Assembly (NCBI GenBank): GCA_963705255.1
Contig: OY970061.1
Span: forward strand, 1,728,001 to 1,792,000
Length of the DNA stretch: 64,000 nt
From: an uncultured Methanoregulaceae archaeon
Lineage (GTDB): Archaea; Halobacteriota; Methanomicrobia; Methanomicrobiales; Methanospirillaceae
Direction of reading: 5' to 3'
The translations under genes and the position numbers were made by a program. Positions within the stretch are counted from its first letter, which is position 1; each line of letters begins with the position of its first letter. Below, piece by piece: positions 21,342-32,095 of the stretch. The notes below the pieces were generated by a model. That model saw only the letters and a list, made by a program, of their open reading frames with translations. It was not told where the DNA came from and searched no databases.

Positions 21342-21962
21342 ATGGAATTTACCAAAGTTCAGATGGATGCAATGCAGGAACTCGCAAATATCGGTGCTGC
21401 TCATTCAGCCACCACGCTCTCGCAGATGCTCAATACCCAGATCGACATGAGTGTGCCAGAGATGAATGTGGTGGATATTGCAAAAGTTGGAGATTTTATC
21501 AGCGATGACCTGGCCACCATGGTCGTCTTTGAGCTTCAGGGAGATATTCCCCATGGGGGCTATTTAATCCTGCATTTTCCCCGGGATTCTGCGATCCTGA
21601 CAGCAAATATTATCCAGGGTTCCACCGGGACTAATCAGCCGTTTGGCGAGATGGATCAGAGCGCCATTCTTGAGGTGGGAAATATTATGATCTCCTCTTT
21701 CCTGAGTGCTGCCTCGGATCTCCTCGGTTTCATCATGCTGCCTTCCCCACCGATGCTCGTAGTTGATATGGCACATGCCGCAATCACATCATTGATCGCC
21801 CAGATGGCTGTCGATGTAAATGATGTAATACTGTTCCGGGTCAAGCTCACCTCCGATGAGTACCATATTGCAGGCAATATCCTTATTTTCCTTGAGCTCG
21901 CCACGCTGCGAAAAGTCGCCGCAAGGCTTGAAGATCTGACAAAACCCCCATCCATATCTTGA
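21342..21962 (+). CDS. cheC: CheC-family response-regulator phosphatase
   Basis: DAMQELANIG and SAILEVGNIM motifs. Confidence 0.85.
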   Translation: MEFTKVQMDAMQELANIGAAHSATTLSQMLNTQIDMSVPEMNVVDIAKVGDFISDDLATMVVFELQGDIPHGGYLILHFPRDSAILTANIIQGSTGTNQPFGEMDQSAILEVGNIMISSFLSAASDLLGFIMLPSPPMLVVDMAHAAITSLIAQMAVDVNDVILFRVKLTSDEYHIAGNILIFLELATLRKVAARLEDLTKPPSIS

Positions 21963-22083
21963 GAGAACCAGGTTGATCCGTTTGCCTTGGTTGAGTAATC
22001 CGCTTTCGTTGCGATAGCCCCGTTTCCCCCATCCAGACTCCTCCATCTCACTTGTTAACTACTGAAATACGTCATGTACCTGT

Positions 22084-22636
22084 ATGCAGGGCAGCCCCGA
22101 GGATTACCGAAAATATCGTTGCTTCAGTAAAGGTAGCCGATCATTTGGATCTCTCCGTGCTTGCCTCACATATCAAGGATGCGGAATACAACAAGAAACG
22201 GTTCCCCGGCGTTGTGATCAGGATGAAAGATCCCAAGATTGCCGCGTTGGTCTTTGGATCTGGAAAAGTTGTGCTCACCGGTGCAAGGAGTATCGACAGT
22301 CTCTCGACCGGATTAACCATTCTCGGCGACCTGCTTCGCAACCTTGGCATCGACATTCCGGGAAAACTTTCCTCCACGATCCAGAACATTGTCACTTCTG
22401 CAGACCTTGGAACGGCAATCAATCTCAACAAGATCGCGGTCGGTTTCGATCTTGACCGGATCGAATACGAGCCCGAACAGTTCCCCGGTCTTGTCTACCG
22501 GTTGGAAAACCCCAACGTTGTTGTTCTTCTCTTTGGTTCGGGAAAATTGATCATCACCGGTGGCAGGGAGCCGGAAGATGCGAAAAAAGCGGTCGATAAG
22601 ATAATCTCGGACCTTCGCGGTATTGGTTTGATGTGA
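22084..22636 (+). CDS. tbp: TATA-box-binding protein; 5' end frameshifted ~22105
   Basis: ENIVAS, RFPGVVIR, YEPEQFPGLVYR; likely start MQGSPED is in another frame. Confidence 0.92.
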
Positions 22637-22930
22637 ATAGTTTAATGCTCTTTTATGATTTTTGTAAATTTATCTCTATGAAGAAGTCATACCAGGACGA
22701 TGAAGTGGGTGAAAAGCAACTGCAAATATTGTCTTCAAGGTCTTCTGTATTTGCCACATCAGGTTTTATCCTTGCGGCTCCGGGTCCCGGGATCCCCCTC
22801 TGGTAGGGAAAATATATATCTGGATATAGAGTACCCTATTGCCCCTCAGCCAGACCCGCTCCCTCAGAGGAGTGTTTTTCTTGCTGCAGTATTCGCCGAG
22901 AGGGCAATTTCAAAAATCGGGGGAACTGTA

Positions 22931-23188
22931 ATGCAGTTTGTACTATGGTTCAGGTGGCAGCCTGAAAAAACCCGGGAATTACTCGAGCTCTGGAAGGAGT
23001 TTAAGTATCCCAAGGAGGTTACATTGATCCAGCGGTATATCATTATCGGCCGGCACACCTCCTTTGCGGTGTTTGATGCACCGGATGTGGAATCTATCAT
23101 GAAGATCACTGCTCCATTCAGTCCGTTCGGGGTTGCGAAGATAGCCCCGATCATGCCGCTGGAAAAGGCAATCGCAATGGAACTCTAA
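22931..23188 (+). CDS. Small DUF3303/GYD-like protein
   Basis: 85 aa, MQFVLWFRWQ...FAVFDAPD...KIAPIMPLE. Confidence 0.65.
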   Translation: MQFVLWFRWQPEKTRELLELWKEFKYPKEVTLIQRYIIIGRHTSFAVFDAPDVESIMKITAPFSPFGVAKIAPIMPLEKAIAMEL

Positions 23189-23806
23189 TTTTTTTGTAGG
23201 TATTCATCTGGAAAAAATTTTCCAAATCCTGGTGCCAGATCTTCATTTTCAATAAATGTGCAGGGTGATCCCAATATTGTTGGAGCTTCATCTGGGGGAG
23301 GCTACTTGATTCCCCCAGTAGTTAATGAAGATATAAAAGAGGAAAATCACACGTTAGTTCAAGGCTCAATTCCAACAAATGAGACGATTTTCTTCGGTTA
23401 ATCTGAATTAAAGGAGAGGGCCAACCGGGTGAATGGACCGGTCGAGGATGGACTTGGATCCAAAGATCGGATCGATCGGTTCTGAAGCATTGTTGACTTT
23501 GTGATTTAGTTCGCGATGAAGAATATCTTGTAAAGTCACGAAGATACACCAGAACCGTATTTTCTTACAAATAATACGTACAATCAGATGAATCAGCACT
23601 CAAAACAACGATAGATATACGATCGAGACGACCATATTATACAAATCATTCGCTCGCAACGAACCAGACCTGTCGGCCCTAGGGAACGCCGCTGACATGA
23701 TTACAGAAGAAATTGAGGAGATCTCATTTGAGTGCCTGGAGAGGTTGAATCCCGTGCCCGATTCAGATGAGTGCGGTCTGAAAAATTTGTTCCGGAGAGA
23801 ACAGCA

Positions 23807-24394
23807 ATGTCAGATGATGAATTAATCGAGATGTACGGGAAGATGAGTATCGCACTCGATCGAATCGAAGAGTGCCATGAATTTACGCCGCTCATTCCGG
23901 AAGTGAGATCAAACCTGGTTTTTGCACGAAAGGAGGCTAGAACACCGGAAGATGTTCTTGCAATAGATGGCAGGATAACCGTTGTAAACCATCTGCCTCA
24001 TGCCGCCGGTAGACCCCGGTTTGGGGCATCGAGCCATATGGCGCGTCTCATTATTGAGATACGAGAATATAGCTCATCCTTCCGTGCGGGGATCAATTTT
24101 GCAAATACCCCAAATCTCACCCAGTGGCTGGCAGAATACTGCAAAAAAAACAGCTGGACGTTCAGTGTCATAGACCGGCGAAATGAACCGGAGAACATCA
24201 GGCAGGCAGAAGGAGCGTCCATGGAATGGAAAGTGCGGGAGGCCATTCGCGCCGCCGGAGGGAGAACGCCAAAGATTTTTTATGAGACCGGTGCCATCGG
24301 CAAAGAACCCGTCTCCGTACTTATTGGAAGAGATCCTCTCGAAATTGCGGACCAGATATGCACCATAGCGACATTATACCATGACTCCCGGTAA
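23807..24394 (+). CDS. Thiamine-phosphate synthase ThiN-family domain protein
   Basis: LIPEVRSNLVFA, IDGRIT, FGASSHMAR, GKEP. Confidence 0.85.
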   Translation: MSDDELIEMYGKMSIALDRIEECHEFTPLIPEVRSNLVFARKEARTPEDVLAIDGRITVVNHLPHAAGRPRFGASSHMARLIIEIREYSSSFRAGINFANTPNLTQWLAEYCKKNSWTFSVIDRRNEPENIRQAEGASMEWKVREAIRAAGGRTPKIFYETGAIGKEPVSVLIGRDPLEIADQICTIATLYHDSR

Positions 24395-25424
24395 TCCAAA
24401 AATCGGAAAGATCGACCATGCATTGTTTAAAGAGTTTCTCCTCCACCGTCTTGGGAAAGATGACCCTTCCGTTTTAGTACCGCCGAGAACGGGAATAGAT
24501 GCCGGTGTGATTGACCTCGGGTATGGAAAGGTCCTGATCATCGCTGAAGATCCGATCTTTACCGTCCCAAAACAGCCTCTGGAGATGTTTGGCTGGTACG
24601 CCGTGCACATCGGAGCGAGCGATGTGGCCGTTATGGGGGTGAAACCACAGTATATGACCTACTCGCTCCTTCTTCCCCCGGAAACAAGTGATCGTGACTT
24701 CGGGACTATTGTCGATTCTATCCACAATACTGCTGTTGAGCTTGGTATTGCGATTGTTGGGGGACATACCGGGTACTATCCTGGTTTTACCTCTCCAACC
24801 ATCGGGGGCATTACTGTCTTTGCTATCGCTGATAAGGACAACTATGTTACCCCGGCAGGAGCACAGCCGGGCAATGACGTGATACTGACCAAAGGGCCTG
24901 CCATAGAGACTGCGGGTATTCTTTCCGTTCTGCGCGAGGCGGATCTGCACGGGAAATATCCGGATTCTCTTATCAAAAATGCCCAGGCACTCTGTCGGCA
25001 AATGAGCGTGGTAAAGGATGCGCTCACTGCGATGGCTGCCGGGGGGGTTACGGCAATGCATGATGCAACAGAGGGCGGAGTGATTGGCGGTCTTTTTGAG
25101 ATCGCAGATGCAAGCGGTGTCGGGATGGTTATTGACGAGTCCCGCTTTGTGTACCCAAAGGAAGTACAGATGGTGTGCGAGGCATTTGCCATCGACCCGG
25201 TCACTGCAATTGCTGAAGGATCTCTCCTTATCACGGCAAATCCGGAATATTCGGAAAAAATTATGGCTGCACTTTCACGTGCCGGTATCGATTCCTCAGT
25301 TATTGGCAGAGTGATAGAAGATCCGGATGCCAGAGTCCTGAAACGACTGAACGGAGAGGAAATTCCCCTTGCAATACCAGCACAGGATCCGTTCTGGCCA
25401 GTGTTTTTTGAGGGGCTCAGGTAA
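24381..25424 (+). CDS. AIR-synthase (PurM/HypE-like) family protein
   Basis: GIDAG, EDP, SDVAVMG, GGHT, MHDATEGG. Confidence 0.85.
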   Translation: MTPGNPKIGKIDHALFKEFLLHRLGKDDPSVLVPPRTGIDAGVIDLGYGKVLIIAEDPIFTVPKQPLEMFGWYAVHIGASDVAVMGVKPQYMTYSLLLPPETSDRDFGTIVDSIHNTAVELGIAIVGGHTGYYPGFTSPTIGGITVFAIADKDNYVTPAGAQPGNDVILTKGPAIETAGILSVLREADLHGKYPDSLIKNAQALCRQMSVVKDALTAMAAGGVTAMHDATEGGVIGGLFEIADASGVGMVIDESRFVYPKEVQMVCEAFAIDPVTAIAEGSLLITANPEYSEKIMAALSRAGIDSSVIGRVIEDPDARVLKRLNGEEIPLAIPAQDPFWPVFFEGLR

Positions 25425-25691
25425 TCTGCTGCTGTTGTGTTTACGGTTGGTGACTACTATTTCACCTCGTTAAAATTTTCTAGCCAACCGCCAACGCATC
25501 AGGACCCCGAAGAATATGGTGCGGAGTCCATTGTAGTATCGTCTCACCCGCATGATGCGGACTCCCGTACAGCGATTCCGAATTCCGGAATTGTACGAAC
25601 GGTTTACCGTTGGAGGGCGATCTGGTCTGTTGACAATGGAAGAGCACTTCTGACCACAAAGATTTTCTTGGCACAATTTTACCTGAGCTTT

Positions 25692-26213
25692 ATGCGAACC
25701 AAGTGTGGTAGTAGCTGGAAGAGATCGCTTCTTCCGATACTTTTCGCTGGTTTGTTCATCCTTTCATTCCCTGTGCCGGCCGCGACCTCAACACCACCAT
25801 TCTTCCCGGTGCTCAGCATCACCGCACCAGATGCTCCCGTGCCGGCGGGATCCGACCTGATCATTACGGTCCACTGGGAGAGGGACTACAGTTACTGGGT
25901 TCACCCTGATCAGGTATCAGTCACCCTGTACGCACTCCCTGAGGGAACCACATATGCATCCTGGCTTCTCGACCGGCTGGAGAGTCCCGGAAAACCGGTG
26001 GGAGAAAACGCCGATTATTCCCTGACCGTCCCGGATAGGGAATTGCCCGCCGGGGCATTCATGATGATCGCGGCTGATCCGTTCAGCGGCGCGATCGCAC
26101 GAAAAGCCGTTGTACTGCATGGGTCCAAGACTTCACAGGCCGACATTCCGGCAACCTCCATCCAAAAGGATTTTCTGCACATGCCAAAGCTGAACCCCCC
26201 GCTTTTTTCCTGA
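25692..26213 (+). CDS. Secreted hypothetical protein
   Basis: Signal-like N-terminus and beta-rich body. Confidence 0.5.
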   Translation: MRTKCGSSWKRSLLPILFAGLFILSFPVPAATSTPPFFPVLSITAPDAPVPAGSDLIITVHWERDYSYWVHPDQVSVTLYALPEGTTYASWLLDRLESPGKPVGENADYSLTVPDRELPAGAFMMIAADPFSGAIARKAVVLHGSKTSQADIPATSIQKDFLHMPKLNPPLFS

Positions 26214-26399
26214 TGCCACACGAAGTACCGCAGCTGCAGTCGAAAGGAACTTCAGTGGATGCCGGCCAAATAATCAGCATTCGTTAAGATTATGCACGAG
26301 TTCATCTACTGTCATCCCCTCCGGAAGACCCCCAAAGGACTGGCAATGGCGCCACATCGCTAAAAGTGATGGAGATGAACGAGTCTACCTGACTGCACC

Positions 26400-26543
26400 G
26401 GCCCCTTCGCATCACGCTTCGCAGTTTCCCCGTCACTGAGTACGTAACACACGCAGGCACTCAGTGACTCCGCTCGCTTCGCGTGGTCGGGGATCTCCGA
26501 TTTTTCAACTCGTAAAAATTCCCTGTCAACCGACAACGCATCA
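26400..26543. repeat. Palindromic intergenic element (MITE/REP-like)
   Basis: Stem GTCACTGAGT...ACTCAGTGAC flanked by CGCTTCGC units; 3' end recurs at 25460-25501. Confidence 0.45.
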
Positions 26544-26553
26544 AAGCTGTTTT

Positions 26554-28881
26554 TTATTTTTTCCTGGAAATTACATGTGCCCTTTCCGGTACCCTGATAT
26601 CAAACCTGGCGCCTTTTCCCGGTTCACCGGTCTCCTGGATGGACATCCCGGTAATGCCCAGGATCTCCTTCACGAGGAAGAGCCCGAACCCCCCGCCCTG
26701 ACCACTCCCCCTCTCGAAAATCCACTCCTTGCGGTTGTCAGGTATTCCGATGCCATCGTCTTCGATGGTAAGGATACCATCATTGTCGGCCGTTCGGAAT
26801 GAAACCACGATCGTAGTGATGGTCTCGCCATATCGGACGGCATTATCCAGGATGTTGTAAAGGACCTTCTGGAAAAGAGGATCGGCATACACAGAGAGGC
26901 CATCCAGTCTTGCATTCACCGTGATCTCCTTCATATCCACCTGGGATAACACCATCGCAAGTGCAGTTTCCACATCCTGCCATTCCGGGGCCTTCATCCG
27001 CATATCCTGATAATCCCGGGTGAATGCCAGGTGTTTTTCAATTATGGCCATGGCCCCATCGATCTTTTTGATATATTTTTGCAGAGTCATCGGATCCTTT
27101 GTTTCTTTGAGGAGACCGAGATAACCATTCATGGCGGTGAGTTTGTTCAGGATGTCATGGCGGGTAACTGAAGAGAGGAGAGCGAGCTTGGTATTGGCAA
27201 GCCGGAGCGCTTCTTCAGATTCGATCCGGGATGAGACATCCCGCAGAATCGAGATGATCCCGCTCGGATTCCCCTGGGCATCATGAAGCAGGGAGCAACT
27301 GATATCAGCAAAAAACAATGAGCCGTCTTTCCGCATGATCCGGTATAATGACGCACAGGGTTCTCCAGTCCCGATAAGCTTCCCGATGTGCGTTCGGGCA
27401 CTCTCCCGGTATTCCGGGGCAACCCAGTCGAGAACTGCTGTCCCGTGAACGGCCGTTTCGTCCCCTGCTTTCAGCAGTTCAACGGTTTTCGGGGATGCGA
27501 ACCTGATCTTTCCTTCGATATCCGAGATTACTATGCCATCCGGTGATGCATGGAACAGGCTGCGATAGAGCTCTTCACTCTCTCTGAGAGCATTTTCTAC
27601 CAGATTCCGTTCAATTGCCGAACCGATAAGTGCGGCTGAAGTTTTCAGGGCATCAAGTACACCAGGGAGCCACTCTTTCTTTGCCGCGGTCTCGAACCCA
27701 ATAACTCCCCAAGGTGCATTCCTGACCAGAATGGGCACGATTGCTGTATTGCAATGCTCTTTTGCCGGTGTTTCCCCGCTCATGCCCGCAAGGGAAACAC
27801 CTCCCGAATAAATAACGATCTCCCCGTTCCTCAGGCGTTTTTCATTATCGCTGTATCCCATTTCCCGGTAAGGAATCAGGTTGTGCCGGGGATTATCGAT
27901 CCATGGTTCACCACCTGGCTTCACCCACTCATACGCCAGCCTGGCAAGGGGACGATCGGGAGTCCCGGATGGAGTGTAGATGTAAACACGGTCGACACCA
28001 ACTGCCTCTCCGAGAGCGCCGAGCGTTTCAGAGATCATCCTGTCGAGGTCCCTGGCACCAATGAGTCTTCCCGCTGATATCGCGATTGCCTGGAGGATTG
28101 CATCCCGTGACCGAAGTTCCTTTTCGTTCCGTTTGCGATCCGTGATATCGAGTGCATAGGAGAGAAAAAAAGATTTTCCTCCGGTCTCGAAGATATCTCC
28201 GGAGAAGAGTTTGTTCATCCGTTCCCCATTCTTTCGTACGCATTCCATTTCGACATTCCGGATCTTCTCTCCCTTTTTGACCGTCGCGATCATCCACTCC
28301 TCAAATGAGGGATCTCCGAAAAGCCCCAGCTCCATCGCCGACCTTCCGATCACTTCATTTCGCCCGAAGTCTGAATAATCGAGAAACACCTGGTTGACAT
28401 CGATAAAGCGACCGCTCGGAAATTCACAGATAGCCATTGCGATAGGGTTGATTGAGAATGCCGTCGAAAATTTCTCCTCGCTTGCCCGGAGTGCCTGCTC
28501 GGTTTGTCTTTTCTGGACTGCTTCCTTGATCTTGTGTATGAGCTCTGCGAACTGGGCTTTTGGATCTCCCCCTTTCTGCAGGTAGAAATCGGCCCCGTTG
28601 TCAAATGCCTGGATAACAATTTCCTCCCGCCCTCTTCCGGTGAAGAGGATGAACGGGATACGGCCATGATGCTGGCGAATGTATTTGAGAAATTCAATAC
28701 CATCCATATTTGGCATCTGGTAATCTGAGACGATCGCATCATACGTTGAGGATGCAAGTATTTCCCGGGCGTCGAGCGGGGACGTGCAGGTCTCAACAGA
28801 GAATTGTCCCGTCTTTTCCAGGTACAATTTCGCAATTTCCAATAAATGCGATTCATCATCTACATACAGTATTGAGATCAT
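26554..28881 (-). CDS. Hybrid sensor kinase: REC, PAS, GAF, PAS, HisKA, HATPase
   Basis: ILYVDDE, TRHDILN, NILDNA, GFGLF. Confidence 0.92.
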   Translation of the reverse strand: MISILYVDDESHLLEIAKLYLEKTGQFSVETCTSPLDAREILASSTYDAIVSDYQMPNMDGIEFLKYIRQHHGRIPFILFTGRGREEIVIQAFDNGADFYLQKGGDPKAQFAELIHKIKEAVQKRQTEQALRASEEKFSTAFSINPIAMAICEFPSGRFIDVNQVFLDYSDFGRNEVIGRSAMELGLFGDPSFEEWMIATVKKGEKIRNVEMECVRKNGERMNKLFSGDIFETGGKSFFLSYALDITDRKRNEKELRSRDAILQAIAISAGRLIGARDLDRMISETLGALGEAVGVDRVYIYTPSGTPDRPLARLAYEWVKPGGEPWIDNPRHNLIPYREMGYSDNEKRLRNGEIVIYSGGVSLAGMSGETPAKEHCNTAIVPILVRNAPWGVIGFETAAKKEWLPGVLDALKTSAALIGSAIERNLVENALRESEELYRSLFHASPDGIVISDIEGKIRFASPKTVELLKAGDETAVHGTAVLDWVAPEYRESARTHIGKLIGTGEPCASLYRIMRKDGSLFFADISCSLLHDAQGNPSGIISILRDVSSRIESEEALRLANTKLALLSSVTRHDILNKLTAMNGYLGLLKETKDPMTLQKYIKKIDGAMAIIEKHLAFTRDYQDMRMKAPEWQDVETALAMVLSQVDMKEITVNARLDGLSVYADPLFQKVLYNILDNAVRYGETITTIVVSFRTADNDGILTIEDDGIGIPDNRKEWIFERGSGQGGGFGLFLVKEILGITGMSIQETGEPGKGARFDIRVPERAHVISRKK

Positions 28882-29136
28882 ACGGATCGGGGGATAGAAT
28901 ATATTCTTTTTTTATGTATGAGTTCATGGCTTTTCCTATTCGCTTCCGACAAGTATTTACAAAGAAGACCTCGGTGAACTGATCCCCGATTCTTTTTATG
29001 CACATAACCGGTGAGGTGACGAAATAATGGCTCTTGGAGAATTCCTCAAAGAATGCTGGTGACTTTCTCGCAGGCATCGGAAAAGGATAACGTTCAAAAA
29101 AGTATTGAACGGTGTCTTTTCTTGCGTGTCGCCGTG

Positions 29137-29478
29137 CTAATCCTGATCCCGGAACAGCGCCGGGTTCTGCCTGCGGATCCACCAGCGGCGGGCGAGCACA
29201 ATTCCCACAACCACAAGGACGATTGCCACGGCACCGATGATAATCGAACTCACCGGGAGCCCGCAAGAACCGGCCGGTGCCGGTGCTGATGCCGGAACTG
29301 CGGTGGTCTCCGTAGTTACGGGAACCGTGGTCCGGGCAGTTGTCGGGTTCTGCAGGTGCAGGTTTCCGGCCTGGGTTACTGAATCCCCGGCACAGGTGTC
29401 GGCATCCTTTGCAGAAACTCCCGATATGAGCACGATGACGCAGACCAGGATTACCAAACTTATTCCGGAGACTTTCAT
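29137..29478 (-). CDS. Small secreted Thr/Pro-rich protein with C-terminal TM anchor
   Basis: Signal peptide; TM followed by RRWWIRRQNPALF. Confidence 0.7.
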   Translation of the reverse strand: MKVSGISLVILVCVIVLISGVSAKDADTCAGDSVTQAGNLHLQNPTTARTTVPVTTETTAVPASAPAPAGSCGLPVSSIIIGAVAIVLVVVGIVLARRWWIRRQNPALFRDQD

Positions 29479-30004
29479 AGTATACCGGTAAGCGGATTTC
29501 GGTATCCGCCACTTAATGTTTCTAACGCGATCGTCTACCGGTCAGGGGTCCGGTAGAGAGTTGCGTTAGAATCGTTATATATCGGGTAACGAAATTCCAA
29601 TTCGTGGACAGCCGGGGGGTTGTCCCGAAAAGAAATGATGGGTTCTCCAAGCGACGAACTTCGTTGAACCCGGTCCACCCGCAGGCATGTGATCATTATC
29701 GTAAATTCTTATGAGGATTTTCCTGTGTCCGGGTTGACAGCAAAGGAAGTGATAGCATAAACTTCACATACGGAAAGCAGAACAAAACTGGCGGTGTCCG
29801 GCAGGATATCGTTCTGGTTAACGAAGGAGAGCGGCCACATACACCTGACCGGGTACTCCGGAAGACGGAGATTCTCGGCACGGGCATCCGGTCATCCTAC
29901 AGGAAAAAACCGGTGAAACCGGGTGGGGATGATGATGGCAATTAGGAGAGCCGCCAGTGAATCGGCCGGCAGAAATCAGCCCGGGAAGCGGAGGCGGGCA
30001 CAGA

Positions 30005-30274
30005 ATGCCGAAGAGTAAATCCGTGACTGAATCTGGTATTCCGCTCTATCTCCTGCCCTGGGCAATCGCACGGCAGATCACCCGGATCGGGGACTCGGTG
30101 TACCGCATCAGCGTGAAGAGGACGCACTGGCACCACTACAACGCCTCGGTCCGGACGAAGACGCTGCCCCGCGAGCTCGCGCCGGGCAGTCTCGCCGGAT
30201 TCTCGCTGGCCACACCGCCGGACACCGGCAATCGCGGGATGGCGACAGGGGCCACCGGGGGAAGATCCGGATGA
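30005..30274 (+). CDS. Small basic hypothetical protein
   Basis: GGAGG upstream; ATGA overlap with the next gene. Confidence 0.5.
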   Translation: MPKSKSVTESGIPLYLLPWAIARQITRIGDSVYRISVKRTHWHHYNASVRTKTLPRELAPGSLAGFSLATPPDTGNRGMATGATGGRSG

Positions 30275-30742
30275 CACGCGGAAGGCCGCCGGACCAGGCG
30301 CTCAAAGAAGCAAAGGCCATCGCACGGCGGCAGGGAAAGCTCTGCGAGAATACCCGGGGACGGGGCCTGCTGTACGACTTCGCCATCCACCTCGCGTTCC
30401 TGACGATCTACATCCAGGTCCGGCGGATGAAGACGGCTGCCGAGACCGCGGACGACATCCTCTCCGTGTGTGCCCGCGACATCGCACGGATCCGCCGGGT
30501 CCCGGCGACTGCCGTCCTCATCCGGGAGCTGTCGGCCCGGTCGCCGGCCGGGGCATGGCGGTACTTCCTCGGTACTCGACGACCTTCTCGTGGAGATCCC
30601 GGCCGAGGCTATGCCGGAGAACATGGCCGGCACCCGGCTGCTGCGGGAAGATGCACCCGGGCCGGACCGGTCGTCCGTGCCAGGAGGAGCTCCGGTGGTA
30701 AGGGGAGGCTACTACTGCCCGTTCATGGTACCGTCGAAGTGA
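30271..30742 (+). CDS. Hypothetical protein, possible degenerate PD-(D/E)xK-like fold; frameshift ~30571
   Basis: LYDFAI...YIQVRR; joins as WRYFL-VLDDLLVEI. Confidence 0.55.
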
Positions 30743-30752
30743 GCCCTCCCAC

Positions 30753-31159
30753 ATCCTTTTTTCAAGGGTTCTGGGAGATACAATCCTCCTCAAAAATAAC
30801 TCCTCAATTCAGCCCCCGTTTGCCGAAATAAGCCCGATTTGAAAGGTCGGTTTTCCGGGTATCGCGTTTTTTGGCGAATTACAGCACAGTGATTTTGAGA
30901 TAAGGCTGTATTGGGGGTATTTTGCTCATTTGGGGGGCATTCTAGCCTCTGAAAAATGTCTCTTTATTGCCTTTTGGATGAGCGATTGCTGCCCAATGGC
31001 GGCAGGAGGCTGGAGAATATTGAGGAGCATCAGACTCGAAAGAGGAGAAGACCGAAGGTCTTCGACTGAATGCCGGAGGCATTCTTCGAACGATGATCCG
31101 GGAGCTGAGATCCTGTGGAAAAGGCTGTCCGGGAAATGGGAGGGGGTGGGATCTGGGTG
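30753..31159. repeat. Hairpin-rich ~400-bp repeat, copy 1
   Basis: Highly similar to 35608..36080; internal hairpins GAAGACCGAAGGTCTTC and GAATGCCGGAGGCATTC. Confidence 0.9.
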
Positions 31160-31271
31160 CTGAAATTTGAGGGTCAAGCCCACTCCCGACAAAGAACAGT
31201 ACGATAATTTATCCAACCGTGATTGATAGTATTTTCGTCGGAGTCAGCGTGCCGGACCTGAAAGGAACAGA

Positions 31272-31496
31272 TTACCCCTCGTCCGACGATGGCCCGTCCT
31301 TGTCTTCCTCGTACGTGAAGACGTCGTCGATCCCGACATCGAAAACATGGGCAATACGGTACCCGAGCTTCAACGACGGGCTGTACTTGTCCTTCTCCAT
31401 GGAGATGATGGTGTTCCGCGTAACTCCGACAAGCTCTGCGAGTTGCTCCTGGGTCATTTCGTGCTCGGCACGGAGCACGCGGATCCGGTTCTTCAT
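31272..31496 (-). CDS. XRE-family HTH regulator
   Basis: MKNRIRVLRAEHEMTQEQLAELVGVTRNTIISMEKDKYSPSL. Confidence 0.92.
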   Translation of the reverse strand: MKNRIRVLRAEHEMTQEQLAELVGVTRNTIISMEKDKYSPSLKLGYRIAHVFDVGIDDVFTYEEDKDGPSSDEG

Positions 31497-31512
31497 TGCA
31501 AGCCTTGTGTAG

Positions 31513-32091
31513 TTAGTATTTTCTGTTGTAATAGAGATAAAATGCTCCGAACGTTGCGAGGATTATGACGAGCATGCTCCCGACGGTCATCCCGACAAGG
31601 CCCCGGTTCTCGTTCTCCCGGTAACTCTCCCGGAGGTAGGAGCAGTAATCCATGGCTTCGGATTCATTCATCGCGTTGATGTTTTTGATCGTTGTGGACC
31701 GGATGAGGTTTTCCGGTTGTTCCGGGCCGCCCGGCGGGTAGAGGTTGATGGTCATGGAACTTGTCCCGTCAGCATTCGTGGATACTTTCCCGGTTATGGA
31801 CGGGGCGAGCGGTGCACTTACCACGTAGGAATACAGGATGACCGTGGCGATGGTCCCGGCGATCACCAAGACCTCAAGGGTGCGGAGCGCAGCCTTCGAC
31901 CGGATCCGGGCCGTCCGTTCATCTGCTATCACCCCGGTTACATTCTGGCGGCAGGCGAGGACGACGATGACCCCCAGGGGAATGGCGATGACGGGGACGA
32001 TGAAGTTCCCGGCAGCCATCGACCACCCGGCCATCGCGGCGACCACGGATGCCGTGAGCAGGGTGCAGAGCAGGTAGGTTATCCGTTTCAT
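31513..32091 (-). CDS. DUF2178-like membrane protein
   Basis: DERT..IRSKAA motif, 4 TM helices, ends FYLYYNRKY. Confidence 0.8.
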   Translation of the reverse strand: MKRITYLLCTLLTASVVAAMAGWSMAAGNFIVPVIAIPLGVIVVLACRQNVTGVIADERTARIRSKAALRTLEVLVIAGTIATVILYSYVVSAPLAPSITGKVSTNADGTSSMTINLYPPGGPEQPENLIRSTTIKNINAMNESEAMDYCSYLRESYRENENRGLVGMTVGSMLVIILATFGAFYLYYNRKY

Positions 32092-32095
32092 GGTA

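Noticed and set aside
23190-23806. TPP riboswitch ahead of the ThiN-domain gene
   Set aside because: No CTGAGA...GAACCTGA...GGGA arrangement found by eye.
30926-31216. ORFs within the repeat copies (also 35798..36163)
   Set aside because: They arise from the palindromic repeat, and their starts and stops differ between copies.
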